IMG/VR virus record: IMGVR_UViG_3300014656_000088
Coordinates: 1 to 32,340 of that record
DNA from: a virus
Lineage: Duplodnaviria > Caudoviricetes
Reading direction: 5' to 3' (one strand)
DNA length: 32,340 bases
Numbering within the stretch: position 1 is the first letter of the stretch; the number at the start of each line of letters is the position of its first letter. The position numbers and the translations under genes are program-made. Below are positions 27,548 through 32,340 of the stretch, one piece after another. The notes under the pieces are model-generated. The model saw only the letters and a program-made list of their open reading frames with translations. It was not told the origin of the DNA and searched no databases.

Positions 27548-28380
27548 GCTATTTTTTTGGGTTGAAAGGGCAGCTCCTTACAAACAAATCCTGCCGCTCC
27601 CTTGTGCCCGCCCCCACCATACTTTTTACAAATCTCGGGGACATCGATACCCTTGATGGAGTACAGACTAACCGTGAATCGTTTTCCGTCGTGGAGGTAG
27701 GCAATACAGAAATCATACTTGTCCATACGATCTCCGAATCCCTTACTCCCAAATTGATAGAAATTTGTGGCAAATGCTTTGTGTCCTTCCCATTCGACTT
27801 CATAACCGAAATCATTGCAAATCTTATCGCAATAGTTGTCCCGGTATCGAATTGCGGATTTCCCTTGTTCAATAATTTGATCTGTTAATAAATCAGAGAA
27901 TAAATGATCCCATAATGCAGATTGAGGGATCGTTACTTCCATTTTCAATCCTTCATAGAACTGAAAACATTGGGGCTGTAACTTCAATGCCCACTTGTCG
28001 TAATCCCCAATCAGTTGAACTGACATTGGGGCTTCCTTATCAGGGTAGAAGAATTTCCACGCCAACTCACACCCTGACATTGCTTTGTCATCGAAATTTC
28101 TAAGCCCAGGTAAATCCTGATACGGGTAGTCTTGCGCTGTCTTGTGATGATCAATCCAAATAGGAGAGGGACTACGCCGCAGAACCTCCTCCATAACCTC
28201 TGGCTTGAATGAAAAATCGACAATAATGACAGGTTCTCCATTCTCGATTTGATCAATCTGAATTTTGTCCTTGTAGTCTACTTCTATGGTAACGGGTAAA
28301 TGACCAAATTCTTTGGCCCAGCGTAAAGCAATCGCCGCCGCACATCTTCCATCAAGATCGTTGTGGTGATAGATTTTCAT
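27544..28380 (-). CDS. DHH/DHHA1 phosphoesterase (nanoRNase B-like)
   Basis: YHHNDLDG, IVDFS, WIDHHKTA, SGCELAW, GGGGHKGAAGF. Confidence 0.9.
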   Translation of the reverse strand: MKIYHHNDLDGRCAAAIALRWAKEFGHLPVTIEVDYKDKIQIDQIENGEPVIIVDFSFKPEVMEEVLRRSPSPIWIDHHKTAQDYPYQDLPGLRNFDDKAMSGCELAWKFFYPDKEAPMSVQLIGDYDKWALKLQPQCFQFYEGLKMEVTIPQSALWDHLFSDLLTDQIIEQGKSAIRYRDNYCDKICNDFGYEVEWEGHKAFATNFYQFGSKGFGDRMDKYDFCIAYLHDGKRFTVSLYSIKGIDVPEICKKYGGGGHKGAAGFVCKELPFQPKKIA

Positions 28381-28598
28381 TCTTCCTCCGGTGTAACCTC
28401 CTCCACCTCAAAACCACCCTTCAAAATATGCTGCCGCAATGCCTTCCCAACCGACTCCGCGCCCATAACAGACTCATACAGGTCGGCCGGAACACCTGCG
28501 TACCTAAACGTCTTGCCATCCTTAAAGGCAACCTCCAGAGTATCACCCTCATACCCGATGGATTCAACCCAGGAGGATTTAACTTCAGCTCTGGTCAT
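28377..28598 (-). CDS. KTSC domain protein
   Basis: VKSS..SIGY...LEVAFKDG..RY.GVP..Y...AESVGK. Confidence 0.9.
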   Translation of the reverse strand: MTRAEVKSSWVESIGYEGDTLEVAFKDGKTFRYAGVPADLYESVMGAESVGKALRQHILKGGFEVEEVTPEEE

Positions 28599-28634
28599 TG
28601 AATGTTTGATACGATACGTTCCCTCTTTTATTAT

Positions 28635-29156
28635 TTAATTAGACCAATACCCGCGGGGGGTCTTGTTGGCCTTCCCTATGTTTATAGAAGCTAGTAATAT
28701 CTGTAAGTTACCTTCCCAATGTAAACCGCAAACATTTTTTCCATGTAACGGGATTATATGATCAACATGATACTTCTCACCAGTAACTTCCGTTAACAAT
28801 CTGGCATTTCTATAGATCACTTTCATCGCATTTAAATCAGCCCAAAATGGTGTTGCCATTTGTTTTCTACATTCCCTCAACTTTTTCTTAAAACATGAGT
28901 AATCTTTGTTTGCCTTTAACCATTGCCTTGATCTCTCTTTAAATTGATCCGATTTAATTTTATATGTTTCAATATATTTTTCCCTCTTCTTTTTAGAAAT
29001 TATTTCTCTATTTTGTTCAGCATATTTTTGGACGTTAGATTTTATATATTCTTTATTTGCAAGGTAATACTTTCTACCATATTCGTTATATTGTTCTTTA
29101 TTTTTCCAGTAATATTCTTTATTGTATTTTTGTTTGGCTTCACCCCTAAATGGCAT
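28635..29156 (-). CDS. HNH endonuclease
   Basis: ATPFWAD..YHVDHIIPL.GKNVCGLH..NLQIL..N..K.N. Confidence 0.9.
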   Translation of the reverse strand: MPFRGEAKQKYNKEYYWKNKEQYNEYGRKYYLANKEYIKSNVQKYAEQNREIISKKKREKYIETYKIKSDQFKERSRQWLKANKDYSCFKKKLRECRKQMATPFWADLNAMKVIYRNARLLTEVTGEKYHVDHIIPLHGKNVCGLHWEGNLQILLASINIGKANKTPRGYWSN

Positions 29157-29162
29157 ATTACT

Positions 29163-29510
29163 TTATTTCTCCAACTTCAAATTTACTGGGCTGACAACCG
29201 GCTGGGGTTTTTCGAAAGAAAAAGGGGTTGCAATACTGCACAACCTCCCCCAAGTAGAATCATTGACGCACGCCTTTACCGCCACGCTGTGCTGCCCTAC
29301 GGATACCCCGCCTACGTCATATTTCAGTCTTACAGAAGTGCCGTTAGACATTACCTCTGGAGGTGAATACACTGGAGATTGCCCATCCATGACAACTTCA
29401 AACTCGTTGGGCTGGATGACCGTTTCCGGGTATGGGTCGCATACAATGAACGGGGCGGCCCATAATGTAGTTGGGATGAGGATACATAATGCGATAAGTA
29501 ATGTTCTCAT
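29163..29510 (-). CDS. Small exported protein with Fn3/Ig-like beta-sandwich
   Basis: Signal peptide MRTLLIALCILIPTTLWA; G.H.VAVKAC..WG motif; AGGAG RBS. Confidence 0.65.
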   Translation of the reverse strand: MRTLLIALCILIPTTLWAAPFIVCDPYPETVIQPNEFEVVMDGQSPVYSPPEVMSNGTSVRLKYDVGGVSVGQHSVAVKACVNDSTWGRLCSIATPFSFEKPQPVVSPVNLKLEK

Positions 29511-29611
29511 TGGTTCTCCTTTGTTCTACCACACCTTGATTAATGCGATAGCTCTGATTTTGTTCCTCTGCCTTGCAATTTTTCTTAGCACCTTGCTTTT
29601 CCTTTCGCCCA

Positions 29612-29827
29612 TTACTGCATCTTTACCGTTATCAGGGGCGCAACAGCAAAACTCGTCTGGATACCCTTTGACGAAATCTGTACAATCGGCTCAATCCTAC
29701 AATTCCACCTCTTCAGCACATTCTCTACGTCGACAAGGCAGTTTTTAGACCTCCTCTGAGCGTCTACCGCAAGTTCAACTTGCTTTTCCGCTTCCGTCAG
29801 CTTCTTTACGTCTCGTAGGTCGTCCAT
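29612..29827 (-). CDS. Hypothetical protein
   Basis: 71-aa ORF with GGAG RBS, in operon orientation. Confidence 0.55.
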   Translation of the reverse strand: MDDLRDVKKLTEAEKQVELAVDAQRRSKNCLVDVENVLKRWNCRIEPIVQISSKGIQTSFAVAPLITVKMQ

Positions 29828-30391
29828 GCCGTTGCTCCTAATTGTCTAAATTGTTTGGGTCTTTTTCTGCTCCATCATAATGTTTAACTGATCTCCAAAT
29901 CCTCTTATAAAACAAATTTTCATTCATAATTGTCATGCCCCCACAAATCTACCTCTCCCCCACGCCCCCGACAGGTCCATTCCGTAAAACCGCAGGGCGG
30001 GGCGTAATAAACATCCTCTTCCTTAAATTTACACTTGGGACAAATAACTGTCAGAAAATATCGGTCGCCCATAAAAACTAACCCAGAGTTTAAAATTAAT
30101 AACTCGCGCGTGGAGGGATATGATAATTATGGTCAAGGATCCGATGGCCCTCGTACCCCCCCTTGCCTCCTCTCCCCTTGGGACCTGACCCATGGAGTCT
30201 GACACTCATCACAAACCATTGCGTTGTATCCAGCGACACAGGTGTTGCCCCTAACCTTAAGCCATGCCCGCGGTCCAGAAGACCTGCCTCTGCACCCACA
30301 TTGCTTCACTAAATCATGGAAGGGGTCAACGCCTGAGCCCCAGCGTCCTATAATAGACATTAGGTTTACTTGTATTGTGTCAACTTTCTTC

Positions 30392-30420
30392 TTTACAAAT
30401 GCCTGAAACCTTAATATAAT
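30392..30420 (+). promoter_or_regulatory. sigma70 promoter for the plus-strand HTH-HNH gene
   Basis: TTTACA-N17-TATAAT, followed by an AAAGGAG RBS before the ATG at 30463. Confidence 0.7.
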
Positions 30421-30462
30421 GTTAGAGACAGCATGTAAACATGAATCGAAAGGAGAACGCTG

Positions 30463-30966
30463 ATGAACAGAAAAAGTAGGATCGCACCACAAGATGTAGT
30501 AGTCATGTCTACGGTTCAGCATCTTACCCCGGCAGAGATCGCGGTTCTGGCCGGTATCAGCCGGCAGCAGGTAGGGAAGATCCTCCGAACCCAGGGGATC
30601 AACACTTCGAAGGGGCCTGGAGGTGCTTGCAGGGTTATTATTGAGTGCGCCATGTGTGGCAAGACGATGGAGATCTCTAGGAAGAAGTGGGGAAAATGGG
30701 TTAAACATTATTGCTCCAATGAGTGTTATTACGCCTCACGATCCAACCCAAATTACTATCAATGGCGCCATGGGTCGCGTATTGCTCGGATCATCATTTC
30801 TCAATATTATCCAATACAACCAGAGCATGTAGTCCATCATATTGACGGAGATGAACGCAATAATGACAGGGATAACCTGCTACTTTTTGCCTCTCATTCC
30901 GACCATATGAAACATCATCACGGTAAAAATCACGTTGAACCGATCTGGGATGGGAGAAAAGTCTAA
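30463..30966 (+). CDS. HTH + Zn ribbon + HNH endonuclease
   Basis: TPAEIA...GISRQQVGKIL (HTH), CAMC..YCS..C, VVHHIDGD..NN..NL....H..HH. Confidence 0.85.
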   Translation: MNRKSRIAPQDVVVMSTVQHLTPAEIAVLAGISRQQVGKILRTQGINTSKGPGGACRVIIECAMCGKTMEISRKKWGKWVKHYCSNECYYASRSNPNYYQWRHGSRIARIIISQYYPIQPEHVVHHIDGDERNNDRDNLLLFASHSDHMKHHHGKNHVEPIWDGRKV

Positions 30967-31475
30967 TCTCCATTATCCCCCTTGACGGCCTGCACTACCA
31001 TCTGCATTAAACTGATGTTGATGTCTCCCTCGGACCTCTCTTTCAGATGCCCTTTGAGTTTCGCAGCAAGCTCCAGCGTCTTCCTCTGCGTCTCCAGGGC
31101 CGCGACCTCACGCTCGTCGGTGACCTTACCGTCCTTTTGGAAGTACTCGGTTTTCGTGGCGTCGAGGAGGGCCTTGGTTTTCGCGGCCAGGAATTTGTCG
31201 GTGACGCCTTCCTCGGTTAGGATGCTGATAAACCCCTTAGAATATTGAGGATTTTTGAGAAGAGCGCAGTCTCCTGTTTTGGCGGTCTCCAAAGAATACC
31301 CGGCACTTACAAGGGCTTGTGTACGGCTTTCACCTGCCAGGAGGGATTGAGTAAATATCTTTGCTCGTCTCTTGATATCGTACTTTGATTTTGGTAGTTG
31401 AGTTGTAGGCTGTTCGAGGGATTTTTTAGAACGGTGAACAGTGGGCTTCGTGTTGCTTTTTTGTTGTTGGTCCAT
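30963..31475 (-). CDS. terS: Terminase small subunit (putative)
   Basis: F...L.G..TQA..AGYS..TA HTH motif and ..LELAAKLKGHL C-terminus; first gene of the packaging operon. Confidence 0.7.
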   Translation of the reverse strand: MDQQQKSNTKPTVHRSKKSLEQPTTQLPKSKYDIKRRAKIFTQSLLAGESRTQALVSAGYSLETAKTGDCALLKNPQYSKGFISILTEEGVTDKFLAAKTKALLDATKTEYFQKDGKVTDEREVAALETQRKTLELAAKLKGHLKERSEGDINISLMQMVVQAVKGDNGD

Positions 31476-31545
31476 CTTTAATAATCCTTACGATTTCTGC
31501 GCAATCCTATACTCCCCTTTAAAACCTCAGATTGTGGGCTGTCCA

Positions 31546-31865
31546 TCCATCCGATATAGCCTGGGTCTCTTGTTTGTGGCGGCCTTCCCAGATCCAATTT
31601 GCTCGTTATCCGGCTTGCCGAGGCGGAACCTGGTCTCCCCCAGTTTGCATCGAGCATGATTTCTCAAACACCGGGTTCGCCGTGTGAGCTTTCCTCACGA
31701 TGACTACCCGCTCCATGTCACCTTGTGCAGCTCTGATCGGTGACATCCTGGAGTCAGTGTAATCCGCTCCAGGGCCTTTTGTACCCCGTAGCCTGGTCTT
31801 ATGCCCTTGCCAGTGTCGTGGGGCAGCGCCGGGAGTCCTGCGCCGAGTTCGCCTTTTCGGATGGA
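31546..31865 (-). ncRNA. Candidate large structured RNA (~320 nt), unassigned
   Basis: 9-bp closing helix UCCAUCCGA/UCGGAUGGA enclosing contiguous hairpins and three CUGG..AGAC(C)CAGG modules. Confidence 0.55.
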
Positions 31866-31976
31866 GTCGCATAGACAACTCATCATTGAGCTGTTCCCTG
31901 CTTTTTCCCTTTCTGCTCCATGCGAGAGCTGATCCATAAACTGCAATACGCTCTAATGGGTTCATTATGTACTCAC

Positions 31977-32005
31977 ATCCTAGCATACCAGAAAAGCCTT
32001 GTCAA
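31977..32005 (-). promoter_or_regulatory. Strong sigma70-like promoter of the packaging/late operon
   Basis: TTGACA, 17-nt spacer ending in TGC, then TAGGAT. Confidence 0.7.
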
Positions 32006-32007
32006 TA

Positions 32008-32082
32008 CCATGGGTTACACACCTTCAGGGTTGTATGCTTCAGGGTTATCTACTTCAGGGTTATCTACTTCAGGGTTACACC
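32008..32082. repeat. 15-bp tandem repeat CTTCAGGGTT(RNNNN) x4 plus one degenerate copy
   Basis: Copies start at 32023, 32038, 32053 and 32068; degenerate GGGTTACAC at ~32012. Confidence 0.9.
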
Positions 32083-32340
32083 CATAAAAATTTTTGGGCC
32101 TCCTTTAAGGAACGGGCGCGGGCGCGTATCCGTGGGCATTACTGCTTAGGGTTGGATTAGAAAGCTCTAATGTGATTGTGATTTGGAAAACACCACACAA
32201 TTTTTTTTAGCCTAATGATTTTAGCGAGTTGGGCCACAATTCCACATTGTGAAAAAATACTTGGCATGGAATTCTCGCGCTCTTATTAGTAGAGGGTGCG
32301 AGTTGTGGGAGCCAGAGAAATTTATCCAAAACAATCTAAC

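Noticed and set aside
743-29748. Numerous plus-strand and nested minus-strand ORFs in the ORF track
   Set aside because: Shadow ORFs overlapping well-supported minus-strand genes, with no motifs or RBS
30133-30708. 191-aa minus-strand CDS
   Set aside because: It overlaps the plus-strand HNH gene and its promoter; only the Cys-rich last ~58 codons might be a small gene, and support is insufficient
31546-31865. RNase P RNA, suggested by GAGGAAAG and a 3' ACAAGAGACCCAGGCUA segment
   Set aside because: GAGGAAAG is central and followed by CUCAC rather than UCC, and a proper P4 pairing and conserved-region order could not be built; left unassigned
31606-31986. 126-aa CDS
   Set aside because: The TTG/ATG starts lack an RBS, the annotated start overlaps the predicted promoter, there is no recognisable motif, and the region is better explained as structured RNA
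32023-32082. CRISPR array
   Set aside because: Units are 15 bp and contiguous with no unique spacers; no cas genes

Overview
This window is the packaging and morphogenesis half of a P22-like podovirus or prophage, encoded almost entirely on the minus strand. From the right end it reads: a strong sigma70-like promoter preceded by 15-bp tandem repeats; a ~320-nt highly structured, apparently non-coding region; small terminase; accessory genes (HNH, KTSC, DHH/DHHA1 phosphoesterase); large terminase; portal; scaffold; coat protein; a fibre-like protein; gp4-like adaptor; a nozzle-like (gp10) gene apparently split in two around tail-accessory genes; a gp14-like protein; three ejection-type proteins ending in a 2284-aa polyvalent protein (ART-like, HExxH peptidase, LPD38-like); and a cluster of signal-peptide-bearing structural-like genes. 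The most notable observations are: (1) the candidate large structured RNA with repeated CUGG...AGAC(C)CAGG hairpins upstream of TerS; (2) three related antiterminator/terminator leaders gating the portal, scaffold/coat and exported-protein operons; (3) five proteins with Sec-type signal peptides, most of them virion-like; (4) KLEG(M/L) repeats that delimit effector cassettes in the polyvalent protein; (5) the split nozzle; (6) a possible +1 coat frameshift; (7) an internally deleted beta-helix gene. No integrase, lysis, tRNA or CRISPR features were recognised. All family assignments come from motif recognition by eye, not from database searches.
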